A stretch of 64,000 nucleotides of DNA from Ginglymostoma cirratum. Its lineage: Eukaryota. Position numbers and translations under genes: made by a program. Positions 52,001 through 62,106 of the stretch are shown here, in pieces (position 1 is the first letter of the stretch; every line of letters starts with the position of its first letter). The notes under the pieces were generated by a model. That model searched no databases. It was not told the DNA's origin and saw only the letters and a list, made by a program, of their open reading frames with translations. The DNA is taken from assembly GCA_024137785.1 (NCBI GenBank), contig JAHRHZ010000026.1:10346857-10410856 (forward strand). Direction: 5' to 3'.

Positions 52001-55000
52001 CAGAACAAAAAAATGAAGAGAGGATCACTACCCACACCGTAACAAATGAGAATTGTTTTTTGAGATTATACCAAATTGTTCCAATTTGAATCAAAGCTGT
52101 ATTTTTCCTCACCTGTCCTTTAGGTATTTTTTATCCCCTCATTTAACCTATATTTCCTAATCAACCTGTGCAGAGATGTTATTACATTCTTCTAGAGCAG
52201 GTAGGACTTGAACTTGGGTCTCTCAGTCCAGGGCTAGGAACACTACCACTGAGCCACAAGAGGACCCCAAGGGTGCTGATTCTGTCCAGGATTAGGATTG
52301 CATACACAGCTGTGGGTAGTCTAAATAATTACTGTTTGGAATGATTTCCCCTGAAAATTGCGTTTTAGCCTCTGAGTTAAGACTGAGTTAAAGGCTTTGA
52401 GGGGTAAAAAGCACAGGAAGTAACAGAGTTAAGATATAGATCAGTTGCGATTATACTGAACGGCAGAATAAGCTCAAAGGCTAGATAGCCTGTTCCTATT
52501 CCTAACGTTCAGATGAGAGCTGGAGTACAATCAATCATACAGTCCAGCTCAATCTGCCTATCCAATATCTGCACATACTAACTTCCCAGACACAGTATTG
52601 GCAAAGGATCGGAGAGAGAACTCTGACTTCTGCTCTATGAAGCCTATGAATTCTTTGGTCTTTATGATATAAAACAATACTGACATATGGAAGCTGTCAA
52701 AAGTAGATTAATTTCCAAATGCACATCAACTTAACTTGGATCAGTACCCAGTGTTTAAAGAAAGGAGGTTTATGGTAAATATTTGGGGTCAACAAATTCA
52801 AAAATCAAAATTAAAAACGCAAAAGAAAAAGTGAAAGGGCAGATTAGAAAGATGGGCAGAGAGAAGAAAACAAGGGTACTCAATATCTACAGAATATTTA
52901 AGGGTATTTATTGTGCACAAGAAGTAGATAAGAAAGAAGGTCACTTTTGTACTTAAAAGGGAAGTCAGCCTGGGAAGCTCAAATGAATGAACTGGAGGAA
53001 AATAATCAGCGAGCAGTTTTCAACTAAAAAGGTTGATGGGGCTTGAAGTTAAAATGGTCAGTAGATCTGGATGGTAGCTCAGTAAACAGAGGATACTAAG
53101 CGATATGCAATAACGAAAATTATCCGAAACTCTTTAGATTTGCAAATTATGGCAAACAACTCGAGGGTGGAAAAGATTATATACTGAAAATATGCCAATG
53201 GGAACATTATCTCAATAGCATTCAAAAGGAATTAAAGTGAATGGATACTGTAGCAGATAAGGATTAGCTCCAGTTAAAGAGTTAGAACTTACACAAACAA
53301 CATGTACTGATCTGAAGCATACTTAAATCATCTAGTGCAAAGTTATGATACCTAATACTTACTACAACCATATCATTCACCTGGATGACCTCATCTCCTG
53401 GTCGAATCTTCTGAGAGCGATAAGCTGGAGACTAAATGAAAGGAAGTAAAGGTAAAAACATTCACTCAGTCATGCGCGATCAACCCCCGGGGCTAAGCAT
53501 TCATGTATAAAGACTTGTCTGTTTAATTTTCTGCATTTTTAAATTGTGGACTGAAATGAGAAAAACAAAGCATTTATTAAAAAAAAGGATTGCTACATGT
53601 TTTGAAAGCAAGTAACCCAACACTCATTACAAGCATTGTTTACAAAGGTGCTTGTTCAAGCAATAATTGAAGTATAGTGTACAGACAAGCTGGAACCAAA
53701 GGGTTATGTAAAGTGGAGCTTTGGTTGGCAACAAACAGGTGATTTGGACTAGTGACCAATAATAAAGACCTTCTGTCATCCAAAACTGTGTGATTGATTC
53801 TCAGATAGCTGATTCTTGTCAACATAAAGAAGCTAAATGGGAAAGATAGCCCGACAATGGCTAACAAAGGAAGTTAAGCATAGTATTAGATCCAAAGAAG
53901 GGGGTAAGCAAATTGGCCAAATTAGAAAAAAAAGAGCAGTGAGCGTAAGGATTAGGAACAATTTAGATTTTAGCAATTGTGGTCAATGGGATATATTAAG
54001 AGGGGGAAAATAGACAGAGAGTAAGCTTGTGGGGAACATACAAATTGATTGTAAAAACTTCTTACTGGTATGTGAAGAGAAAAAGATTAGTGAAGACATA
54101 TGTAGGTCTTTATAGCGAAAAGCAGGGGAAGTGATAATTGGGAACAAACAGATGGCAGACTTTTTCTAAGGTGTGGGCTGTAACTAATGGGTACCACAGA
54201 GATCAGTGATTGGACCTTAATTATTCACAATATACATTAGAGATTTAGTTGAGGGAACTAAATGTAATATCTTCAAGTTTGCAGATAACAGAAGCAGGAG
54301 GGAGTGGGAACCATGATGAGGATGCAGAGATGCTGCAGTGTGATTGGACAAGGTGAATGAGTGGCAAACGCATGGCAGAGGAAGTTTAATGTGGATAAAT
54401 GTGAGGTTATCCTCTTTGATAGTCAAAAAAAAAAATTCGGTAAAGCTGATTATCTGAATGGTGATAGATTGGGAAAATGGGAGCTGGACGTCCATGTACA
54501 CATGTCACTGATGCTAAACATGCAGGTGCAGGTGTAAAGAAAGCAAATGTATTCTCATAGAAAGAGGATTCAATTTCAGGAGCAGGGACGGTTTGCTGCA
54601 ATTGTACAGGATCTTAGAAAAACAATACCTGGAGAATTGTGTGCATTTTTTGGAGGAAGGATGTTCTGGCTGTGGAAGGAGTGCAACAAAGGTTTACCAG
54701 ACTGATTCCTGGGATGGCGGGACTGATGTATGAAGAAAACTAAATAGTTTAGGACTATGTTCACTGGAATTAAGAAGAATGAGGGGTGATCTCACAGAAA
54801 CTTGTAAAAATCTAACAGAACTAGACAGGTTAAACTCAGAAAGGATTTTCCCGATGATCAAGAAGTCCATAAACAGGTATCATAGTTTAAGGATATAGGG
54901 TAGGCCACTTAGAACTGAAATCAGGAGAAATGTCTTCACTCAGAGAGTGGTGAGCCTGTGGAATTCTCTGCCACAGAAAGTTGTTGAGGCCAAAAAATTT

Positions 55001-58000
55001 GAATGTTTTTAGGGAGGTATATACTGTTCTCAGGGCTAAAGGGTGGAAAGGTCATGGGGAGAAAGCAAAGAATCTGGTATTAAGTTAGATGATCAGCCAT
55101 GATTATATCAGATGGTGGAGCAGGCTTGAAGGGCCAAATGGCCTATTCCTGGTTCCATTCTTTATGTTTCATAAAAATTCCACTGTTCCTATTCTTTCTC
55201 TCCATTCATAACATACATTTGTCCTACCCTTCCAAGTTTTTTTAAGTGCAGAAACTTGGTCCATGCTTTCTGTCAATCTGGTTCTGAGAGAACAGGTGGA
55301 CTTAGCACTCTTGTAATTTACTTCTCTTTACCTTTACAGAAACTCCAGAGGTGAACGTTGTAGGCAGCTGTTCTCCCATTAGAGAGAGAGAGAGACAGAC
55401 TGGTGGTGAGGGTCAAGGGACAAGGTTGAGAAGGTGCGTGGTTCATGGTATCCTCAGGCAGTGTGGGAACTGAACCCGCACTGCTAGCATCATTCTGCAT
55501 CGCCAACTAACCATCTTTCCAACTGAGCTAACCAACCCCCCATATTTTGTACACTGCACATGGTAACATTTGTACCAGGACACCACAATTAAATTCTGCA
55601 GGGTGACATGAAAATCAGCAGGCAGTTGTAAATTATTTCTTTGATGTGTGAAAAAGGCTTACATCAACTCTGAATGAATATCTAAAATAATTGTCAGAAA
55701 ATCTAGGCAATATTGGCAAGGTGTAACCCTGGATAGATGAAGAAGGGTTTTCTCTTTGAGCTGCAGCAGTTGTATTTTGTATTGGTAGTGTTTGCAGAAT
55801 GATACAAGATTGAGAATGCTTAGAAACAGTGACTCATCTTTAAATCAGGAAAGTATCTGACTTGGAGCAAATCTTAGTGATGATGGTGCCATGAAGGTCA
55901 GGGTGAGTTGATCACTCATACAAGACTACAAATAAAAATGTCAAAACCAAAAGGAGACAGAAAAATAGAAGGGAAATTCAGAGACACACACTCATGTACA
56001 GAACAACAAGCATACATAGAGGGAGAAACACACACACAAACAGGTTAGCAGAAGTTCAAGAAAAGTGTCCATCAACAGCTTTTCAGGGAAACTACACAAG
56101 GTAATAAACAACTTTGCCAGTGTCACTTATATTACAAGAATAATTTACAATAGAAATGGACAAAGTATCTCTGACACATGCACAAAGACCCTCATTAATA
56201 TTCACACAGGTACAAGTTGACAGAAACAGATAAGCAGGTTAACAGAAATCAGCAGAGAGCAGGTGCAAGATAGATAGACGTTCACAGGGATACATAGAAA
56301 CAGAACAGGAATTATGTATATACATACAATGTGAGTGATGAAGAAAGCGTAGGATGAATAAATTTCACTTACATCTACTGTGGTTCCTGTGATAAAATGC
56401 AGCCCATTATTCGACTTGATTTCAATTCCCTGAACAATGTAAAGGAACAGTCCTTAATCCAAGCATAAGTAAGGAAAAACAGAAAATGACTAATAGCTTG
56501 AGAACTGCATTCGTCATAACTGAAGCCATAAATGTGCAGCAGTTGCATGCAATGTACTAAAATACCTCTGACATTTAATATCTTGGCCATCTGTAATATT
56601 GCCAGTCAATGTACATGTCAGTGCTAGACACAGCTGTCACAACCCTCAATCAAACAACTTGCAGAGCAACCCACAATTTGTTTTAAAACTTAACATTAAA
56701 TTTTCATTTACAAGTCTGAATTAACACTATAAAATAGTTTGAGTGAGCATCCTGATTTCAGAATGAATGTCTGATAAGATTTTAAAGTTATTCAGTTTCA
56801 ATAAATTAGATTATTTACAATCTAGAGATAGTCTGAGAGTCATACAGCACAGAAACAGACGCTTCAGTCCAACTTGTCCATGCTGACCAAGTTTCCCAAA
56901 CTAAACTAGTCCCATTTGCCTGCATTTGGCCCATATCCTTCTAAATCTTTCCTATTCATGTACCTGTCCAAATGCCTTTTAAATGTTGTAACTGTTTCTG
57001 CATCTACCACTTCCTCTGGCAGTTCATTCCACATTTGAACCACCCTCTGTGTAAAAAGGTTGCTCCTCAGGTCCCTTTTTAAATCTTTCTCCTCTGAACT
57101 TTAAATTATGCCCCCTGGTTTTGAACTCCCCAAACAGGGAAAAGACATTTTCTATTTGCCTTATCTATGCCCCTCATGATGTTACAAACCTCTAGAAGGT
57201 CACCCCAGAACGTCCTACACTCCAGAGAAATAAGTCCCAGCTTATCCAGCTTCTCCCTATAATTCAAACCTTCCAGTCCTGCTAACATCCTGGTAAATCC
57301 TTTCTGAACCCTCTCTAATTTAATAGTAACCTTCCTACAGCAGGCTGACCAGAACTGTACACAGTACTCCTAAAGTGGCCGCACCAACTGCCATCCCATC
57401 TCCTCAACTCAATGGTCTGAGTGATGAAGGCAAGCATGCCAAACACCTTCTCTACCGCTTTGTCTACCTGTGGTGCAACTTTCAATGAACTGTGTTACTG
57501 ATTACCTAGGTCTCTCTGTTTTACAAGACTCCCTAGAGCCCTACTATTAACTGTGCTCGTCCTGCACTTGTTCATCTTACCAAAATGCAACACCTCACAT
57601 TTATCTCAATTAAACTCCATCTGTGTTCCTCGGCCCATTGGCCCAGTTGATCAAGATTCCTTTGTCATTCTTAGATAACCTTCCTCGCTGTGTATACAGG
57701 TATAAATATTGGACAAGAACCCCAAACCATACAGCAAAACTTGGCAACCCTCAGGTAAACATGAATTTATTTGGGGTATTCATGGACCAGAAAATGGTAA
57801 GTTCCTGTTCTTCAAGCCGGAACAAAATTAAAACTTTCTACATTACCTATCACATTTGAAACAATGTAAAACATCATTGGATACTTGAACTGACTATGCT
57901 GCCTTGGCACCTCTCTAAGGCTAACTCGATACAGATGTGAAAATATAATTAACAGTAGGGTAGAGAGGGTAACTAAATACTCTAATGCAGTTACAATATA

Positions 58001-60629
58001 TTCATCACTTGCTAATTTCAATCAAATACCTGGTGACCCTAGTTAGAAAAGGCACAAAGTCTAAAATAAGAAAGACATTTAAAATTTAGCCAGGTAGCTG
58101 GAAAAACAACAACTTATATCTGTATCATAAGCTAGAAGGATAATGAATAAACAAGAATCCCACTCCTCATCGCTATGAAGTAATGCTTAGTGGTACATAC
58201 ACATGTTTGGTTGCCAGGTGAACACAATAGAGACTTACCTCCCTATACATCCCAGCTCCACTATGTCTGACTTGCCTGTCTACTCTCATTGTTTATGGGC
58301 AACCTAGGCAACAATGTAGCAGTAGTATAGGAGAGCTGTTGAAGCCTGTGAAACAGTACCTAGTAAGAATAGATTGTCGCAGCACAGGAGATGTAAGGGA
58401 TATTAGTCAATAAGTCATTATTTGAAACAGATTTCATCTGTAGAGTAGTTAATATTTTAAATAAAGGCACTGTAATTACAGATTTTATTCAGACAATTTC
58501 AATTCCAAAGTGTCCATCTCAAACAGACATTAAATTCTGAGTGGGGAATTAAAATCAGACCTGCTTGTAGAGTCACCACTAAAGCTTTAGACTAAGCTTT
58601 AAAAGGAGAAATCATTTATGCATCTTACTGACTGCATTCCAAATGGGTGAATAACCAGGGAAAGGGGGAAGAGAGAGACCTTAAATTCTACGGGTGGGAG
58701 TTACTTCTGGCTTTCTAGCAATGATATTAGATTAGAAGCATACCATTGAAGGTAAGGTGAATATCTTAAGTTTTAAAGATATATAGCTTGGAGATGTAAG
58801 TGTTGGACAGGAAACCTAATGAAATTAGATCATATCCTACATTCCCTGTGATTTTCTTCTGCCTCCATTCCGATTTCCAACATCTATGCAACTAGTGGCT
58901 TCTGGAACTGGAAGTCAACACATCAGCATGCCAAACAGCATCCAGAAAACCTCCAAGAAGCTCCACAGCTTAGAGGGGACATTGATCATATCATTATTTT
59001 CTTAAAATCAATAACTGAGAAATTAACTGATGAGTCATGACTCAAAGGTCAGGTAACAAGGTTCAGGTTGAAAGCAAGGGAAGGGGCTAGGAGAGAAATC
59101 AGGAAGTAGTGATTGATTGATACGCAGCTTGGGTTGTAAAAGGCTGGAGATTGTAGGCTAACAACTGAGGAAAGTCAGGAGTTCCTTGACTTGTGAACTC
59201 CTGGCAATGCAATAACAATTCGAGCAACATCAATAGTGAAAAACCAAGGAAAAGGGAAAGTTCAGAGGAGAACAATTACAGTATGCCAGTTGTACGTACA
59301 GGAACAATAGGAATGAGAGAGAAAGAGAAAGAAAGAAAGAAAGGAGAGAAAGAGAAAGAAAGAAAGAAAGAAAAAGAGAGAGAGAGAGAGACACATATGT
59401 ATAAACAAGAGCTAATTAGGGTTCAGAGAAATAAAAGAAAACAAGTCATTCACTCACGGATTGAAAGCTAAAAATGTCACAATGTAACTGCCAGAAACCG
59501 CTCTACAGTGTATCCATGAGTGCTAGTGGCATTTTCTCCAAACATTTAACAGTTTGATTACATTTCAACTGACTTGAGAAATGTTGGTAGAAAAGACCAC
59601 TGAACAGAATGTACTCACAGCAGAGCTAGTAGTAGCATGTGGGGTTGCTAGTTCTTTGGAGGAATGAGAGAAAATACCTCAACTCTAAATGCATGCACCT
59701 CTGTTCATTCAAAAACAATATATAAACACACAAACATACGACACTAAATGGTCAAGTGAAAGAAATTACAACTATATATGTGCCTCAGCAAACGGATTTA
59801 TATAAATGGATCTACAAAAAACCACTTGTTTTTGCTGAAACCTCTGCTCATGGACTGACTCAGAGTTGGCTTGGATCACGTAAACAAAGCACTGAGTTAT
59901 TCTGGCTGCTGGTACAGTTTATCCAAGTAGCAGTACTCAGGGTTACAACATTTATTTGAAAATTCACTTTGCTGAGTTAAAGGACTTTAAGGAAAGCCAG
60001 AAAAAAAAGCAAGGATGGCTTTGAAGCCATCCTTTGAAGCTTTGAAGTCAAAGAATGGCTTTGAAGTAACAGGAGCAGAATGTAACCGAACACCTACCCG
60101 AACCAGAGCTGAAAGACATTTTCGTGGTTAATGTCTTAACTAAAAGACTCTTTCTCTAGCAATGCAGCACTCCATTACCACTGAAGTTCTATGTTAGCTT
60201 AGAGCATATGCTCAAATTCTCAACTGGTGCTGAATCTAAGCCTTCACTTCAAAGGGGATGCATCCAGCCGAGCTGGATGATAACTCTCAAAGTGTTTAAA
60301 TAACACACAAACTGCATTTTAACACATATGCATTTGTGCGGATTGGAATGCAAACATGTGACAAATGTTGTCAAACATTCAGGAGACGTTCTGATCACTG
60401 TAGTTAAAGAGCTAAAAATTAAGTCCACAGCTACTAATCTCTCCAAAATCCGTTCGCACACTGCACCCCCCACCCCCCAACACCATTCAGGGCACCGTGG
60501 AGTACTCACCAGACTCTGACCAGGTGAGGTGGTGAGTAGATGAATAGTTTCCAGACAAGCGCACTGGTTCACCAACACCTCGGGGCTACTCATCACCATG
60601 TTTTTGCAGAAACCGGAGAGTTCCCTGCA
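15602..60629 (-). CDS. CNKSR1: CNKSR1-like (connector enhancer of kinase suppressor of Ras 1), 5'-partial multi-exon gene, 16 exons in window
   Basis: Spliced translation gives PDZ (GIEIKS..., GDEVIQVN, VGW), PH preceded by [15 protein letters not shown], and the CNK1-type C-terminus (LQQEGVSLIG...SFIRRNKNP...LRTLQSTLKAK...EDPNLTAEKFRIWK). The last two signatures resemble human CNKSR1 more than CNKSR2/3 (recalled sequences). All exon phases are consistent. Confidence 0.9.
16153..16340 (-). CDS. CNKSR1: CNKSR1 penultimate exon: EPGQGSNDELETLIRVLQQEGVSLIG...LRTLQSTLK
   Basis: tttttag acceptor; CNK1-type motif; ends at AAG|gcatgt (GC donor). Confidence 0.9.
17205..18520 (-). mobile_element. decayed CR1/L2-group LINE whose tail is shared with the SacSINE1-like SINE
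   Basis: INAVFDWVWQQG RT remnant; tail cattcatgggatgtg...ccctaattgccc. Confidence 0.7.
18772..18904 (-). CDS. CNKSR1: CNKSR1 exon: RSNNLSPTEQLRHSSGNYGQVGHSGDTGRLSVPSSPSKERKPFP
   Basis: tttgtttgtag acceptor, gtagga donor, 133 nt, phase 0 to 1, fits both neighbours. Confidence 0.8.
19606..19685 (-). CDS. CNKSR1: CNKSR1 exon: DCWSETETEECDDSPEITGTPRSKSYL
   Basis: ctgcag acceptor, gtaagt donor, 80 nt; matches CNK DCYSETE/DYWSESD motif. Confidence 0.9.
19879..20755. mobile_element. fold-back Penelope-like element (GIY-YIG 3' end in two inverted copies) with 9-bp TSD
   Basis: IGQTGRKLAIRIHEH...FNWDKVTIVAQAKRRHAREFLEAWFS; arms 19914-20302 and 20332-20752; gagaacatt at 19870-19878 and 20756-20764. 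Confidence 0.88.
21701..21771 (-). CDS. CNKSR1: CNKSR1 exon (PH C-terminal helix): WINSLISAIQKYKTEKPSENKEE
   Basis: gtag acceptor, gtaaga donor, 71 nt; invariant PH Trp. Confidence 0.92.
22096..22167 (-). CDS. CNKSR1: CNKSR1 exon (PH): (F)VFQLCHQKFKSFVFSADNVDEMR(K)
   Basis: tttctcggcag acceptor, gtaagt donor, 72 nt. Confidence 0.93.
22702..22775 (-). CDS. CNKSR1: CNKSR1 exon (PH): DEKAEGLIKLISYSVEAAGEHKRK
   Basis: aag acceptor, gtaagt donor, 74 nt; DEKAEG motif. Confidence 0.93.
23580..26350 (-). mobile_element. decayed CR1/L2-group LINE with nested CR1 (~23870-24295, +), tRNA-SINE (~24803-25012) and PLE fragment (~25505-25605)
   Basis: GVSQGLGPIIFSYFINHFPS RT remnant; tail as at 17205; nested pieces match copies elsewhere in the window. 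Confidence 0.7.
24803..25012 (+). mobile_element. tRNA-derived SINE, third family; related copies at ~49765-49968 (+) and ~55320-55540 (-)
   Basis: ggttagctcagttgg A-box, gggttcaa B-box, shared gttaccatga..cctga..tgaga.agcagcc..actatggtgacttta body. Confidence 0.7.
27025..27184 (+). mobile_element. LINE 3' tail fragment ~60 nt past the PH exon donor
   Basis: ctccctaacagcattgtg...gcagcggttcaagaaggcag...agggatgggcaataaat plus A-tail. Confidence 0.7.
27244..27416 (-). CDS. CNKSR1: CNKSR1 exon (PH start): [57 protein letters not shown]
   Basis: gacag acceptor, gtgagt donor, 173 nt; diagnostic CNK PH-domain sequence. Confidence 0.95.
28145..28490 (-). mobile_element. SacSINE1-like DeuSINE, full length
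   Basis: tRNA-like head, central tgtgggtctggagtcacatgtagg block, LINE-shared tail and T-run. Confidence 0.85.
29137..29167 (-). CDS. CNKSR1: CNKSR1 small exon: VQLRNRRKKK(G)
   Basis: cctttctcag acceptor, gtgagt donor, 31 nt; basic patch before PH, like human CNKSR1 GRKKSKG. Confidence 0.85.
29840..29900 (-). pseudogene. 5'-truncated, decayed tRNA-Val pseudogene
   Basis: Minus strand TAGTGGTTATCACATTCGCTTTGCATGTGAAAGGACCCAGGTTCAAAACCAGGTAGAAGCA resembles the vertebrate tRNA-Val body (TAGTGGTTATCACGTTCGCC...GAAAGGTCCCCGGTTCGAAACCGGGCGGAAACA) with CpG decay; 5' acceptor strand missing. Confidence 0.7.
30270..32880 (+). mobile_element. HER1-like CR1 LINE, internally deleted (ORF1 remnant plus RT)
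   Basis: MFNSSLATGVVPEDCKSANVVLLFKK..PISLTSVVGKLLE; QGSMLGPLLFVAYINDLD; ctatgattctatg tail; inverted CR1-tail insert at ~31915-32020. Confidence 0.88.
34265..35050 (-). mobile_element. old CR1/L2-group LINE fragment
   Basis: similar to 17205-18520 and 41850-43000. Confidence 0.55.
35330..35526 (-). CDS. CNKSR1: probable CNKSR1 linker exon: (G)EHMQVANLMSEGCAATSCNGEELVSDG...RPRSPSANDERA
   Basis: attttacag acceptor, gtgagg donor, 197 nt, phase 1 to 0; open frame. Confidence 0.72.
36265..36750 (+). mobile_element. old CR1 fragment
   Basis: gaaatttaatgagaag..., aaggatgtcaaggccttggag RT C-terminal remnant. Confidence 0.5.
37778..38097 (+). mobile_element. HE1-like V-SINE, full length
   Basis: gtggctcagtggttagcactgctgcctcacagcaccagggacccggg...gggtttcctctgggtgctctggtttcctcccacagtccaaagatgtgcagg...ctatgatgatgatg. 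Confidence 0.9.
38128..38476 (-). mobile_element. SacSINE1-like DeuSINE, full length
   Basis: closely similar to 28145-28490. Confidence 0.85.
39325..41520 (-). mobile_element. CR1 LINE(s) with nested SacSINE1-like copy (~39565-39880, +) and a second CR1 piece (~39885-40230)
   Basis: KSKSCLTNLLEFFEDVISRIDKG; LEGLSYRERLNRLGLFPLE. Confidence 0.8.
41850..43000 (-). mobile_element. CR1/L2-group LINE RT and tail
   Basis: LDIKAALNQVWHQRALVKL...GFPQGIVLGPTIFSCFSNDL...EVGTFADNC. Confidence 0.85.
43479..43572. repeat. (GA)n microsatellite
   Basis: seen directly. Confidence 0.9.
43594..43778 (-). CDS. CNKSR1: probable CNKSR1 linker exon: FSQRERVGIQQGTRPDYNTFETSASCEDKDKPLPSESHSEIASESDGESDQMHPVQQSNTE
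   Basis: ttcag acceptor, gtaagg donor, 185 nt, phase 2 to 1; open Ser/acidic frame in unique sequence. Confidence 0.7.
44100..44765 (-). mobile_element. CR1/L2-group LINE 3' fragment
   Basis: similar to 41850-42550. Confidence 0.65.
46435..46505 (-). CDS. CNKSR1: probable CNKSR1 linker exon: VLRSMSEDAAALLDPSVLSERSA(Q)
   Basis: strong tctttctcctag acceptor, weaker gttagt donor; 71 nt, phase 0 to 2, exactly the phase needed to join the next exon; no recognisable homology. Confidence 0.55.
48132..48690 (-). mobile_element. young PLE-derived cassette with two ~130-bp direct repeats, each with a hammerhead motif; 15-bp TSD; contains assembly gap
   Basis: repeats ~48128-48260 and ~48556-48688 are near-identical (two substitutions noticed in the body); TSD ttgaggattgtcaga at 48117-48131 and 48691-48705. 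Confidence 0.75.
48328..48427. other. assembly gap (100 N, true length unknown)
   Basis: run of N. Confidence 0.99.
50316..50462 (-). CDS. CNKSR1: CNKSR1 exon (PDZ end): VGWTLHNLVAKLRENPNQVVLIMKKVP...PHLTE
   Basis: cattag acceptor, gtgagg donor, 147 nt; VGW..NLV..LRE.P..V.L..KK.P motif. Confidence 0.9.
50651..50992 (-). mobile_element. HE1-like V-SINE
   Basis: reverse complement of the 37778-38097 family. Confidence 0.85.
53363..53431 (-). CDS. CNKSR1: CNKSR1 exon (PDZ): SPAYRSQKIRPGDEVIQVNDMVV
   Basis: tttag acceptor, gtaagt donor, 69 nt; canonical PDZ SPA...GDEVIQVN. Confidence 0.93.
53855..55170 (+). mobile_element. CR1 LINE fragment
   Basis: GVPQRSVIGP.LFTIYI..., KFADN remnant, tail gatcagccatgatt...ggccaaatggccta. 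Confidence 0.75.
56373..56429 (-). CDS. CNKSR1: CNKSR1 exon (PDZ): GIEIKSNNGLHFITGTTVD
   Basis: ttcag acceptor, gtaagt donor, 57 nt; matches the CNK PDZ motif GxxIKSxxxGLHxITGT. Confidence 0.92.
56835..57690 (-). mobile_element. CR1 (HER1-like) 3' fragment
   Basis: MLAGLEGLNYREKLDKLGLISLE; tail gagtcatacagcacagaaacagac. Confidence 0.8.
59316..59392. repeat. (GAAA)/(GA) purine microsatellite
   Basis: seen directly. Confidence 0.85.
60510..60629 (-). CDS. CNKSR1: CNKSR1 exon (CRIC end/PDZ start): CRELSGFCKNMVMSSPEVLVNQCACLETIHLLTTSPGQSL
   Basis: tctctcag acceptor, gtgagt donor, 120 nt, phase 0/0; similar to the CNK-family exon [27 protein letters not shown]. Confidence 0.88.
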
Positions 60630-62061
60630 CTGAGAGACAGATACCATTGAGTCCAAACATAACTAACCACACGTCCAGAAACACTGCTGTATCTATATCA
60701 GGTACAACAGGGAATTTTGCAACATTTCAGCATTTTAAAGGTACAACACCATAGTTAGTTTCCAACATTAATCTGTGTGACAGACACTCGGGCAAAAGTG
60801 GTGGATTTGGCAACATGTGTTTTTGGGAAGGTGACAAGCAAAAACAAACATTTCCCCATAGGCAAGGCTCCCAGAGTTACCTCTGCAAACCTAGCAAGGA
60901 CCAAACTTGAGAGGGACTGGATTAGCAGTCAATCCCACCCACACCCCCATAACCATCCCAGCCCCCTCCAGAAAGTTCAAGCTGTATGTAGTGGAGGGAA
61001 ACCTTGCTAAGAATAAACTAAAAACCAAGTTGCAGAACTATCTATTCAATGGGGGAAATTCCATTGTTCTTTAATAATAACCTATCTTATGAAATACAGA
61101 TACAGTTTGGGATCATTTGTAACTTAATGTTGGAGTGAAAAACTAGTTTTGGGGGATATTAATTACTACAAACTGGCAATTTTTTTTCTTTCCATTGGTT
61201 TCAGGTAGTTTCTATAAAGTATATTAAAATATAGTTTCACACTCCAAGGGAAATTAAAAAGAATACTTACATAAAGTCATAAATATTAGCACATAACACT
61301 GGTAAAAGATCTAAAGGGTAAATAAGGAGATTATTTTTCCTTTGGCCAACTGTTGGGAATGTAGAACACTTCATCTGAAAAGCTGATGGAAATTAGTACT
61401 GTAAATAAATTTTATATGGCAACATTTGAAGATGTAGAAATTACGGATGAAAAGAGGGGATGTGGCACCAACAACGCCTGTTTTTCCAAAGATCCAGCAG
61501 AGAGATGTTGAGTTGAATAGCCAACTTCTGTGCAAGTTTATATGATTCATGATAATTATTATAATCAGGGTAAAAAACATGCAAGGAACAGCATGTTGTA
61601 AAATCAGAAAATGGTGGAAATAAAGTTTTTTTCTGAAATAGAAATGGTATGTAATATTCCAGGTGTACAGCTGATTGGAGCTGCTTACAATGTATGTGAT
61701 ATGAAAATTACCATTCTGCTGAATTTCCTTAATGTAACTCATTCATGGTTGCAAAGCCATTTAATCAAAATGGAACTGAACAATTTATGGTTAAAGTGTC
61801 ATCCTTCCTCTCCAACCTTTGGATTATAATCAGATTCAACAAAGGGTTATTGACCTGAAAGGTTTATTCCTTTGCTTACAAATTCTGCCTTATCTGCTGA
61901 GCTTAAATTGTATGTAAATTGTTTAATAGTACACAGCTAGCAAATATAACTTGGCATTCCATCGGCACTCCTACAGGGGAACTTGTGGTGCAGTGTTAGT
62001 GTTCCTACCTCTGAGCAAGGAACCCCAGGTTCAGACTTCACCTGCTCCAATGTGTAGTAAC

Positions 62062-62106
<45 letters not shown>

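Noticed and set aside
61271-61310. 40-nt segment with a good acceptor and gtaagt donor as the next upstream CNKSR1 exon
   Set aside because: The frame needed to join the 60629 exon contains TAA, and there is no similarity to the expected short CRIC exon.
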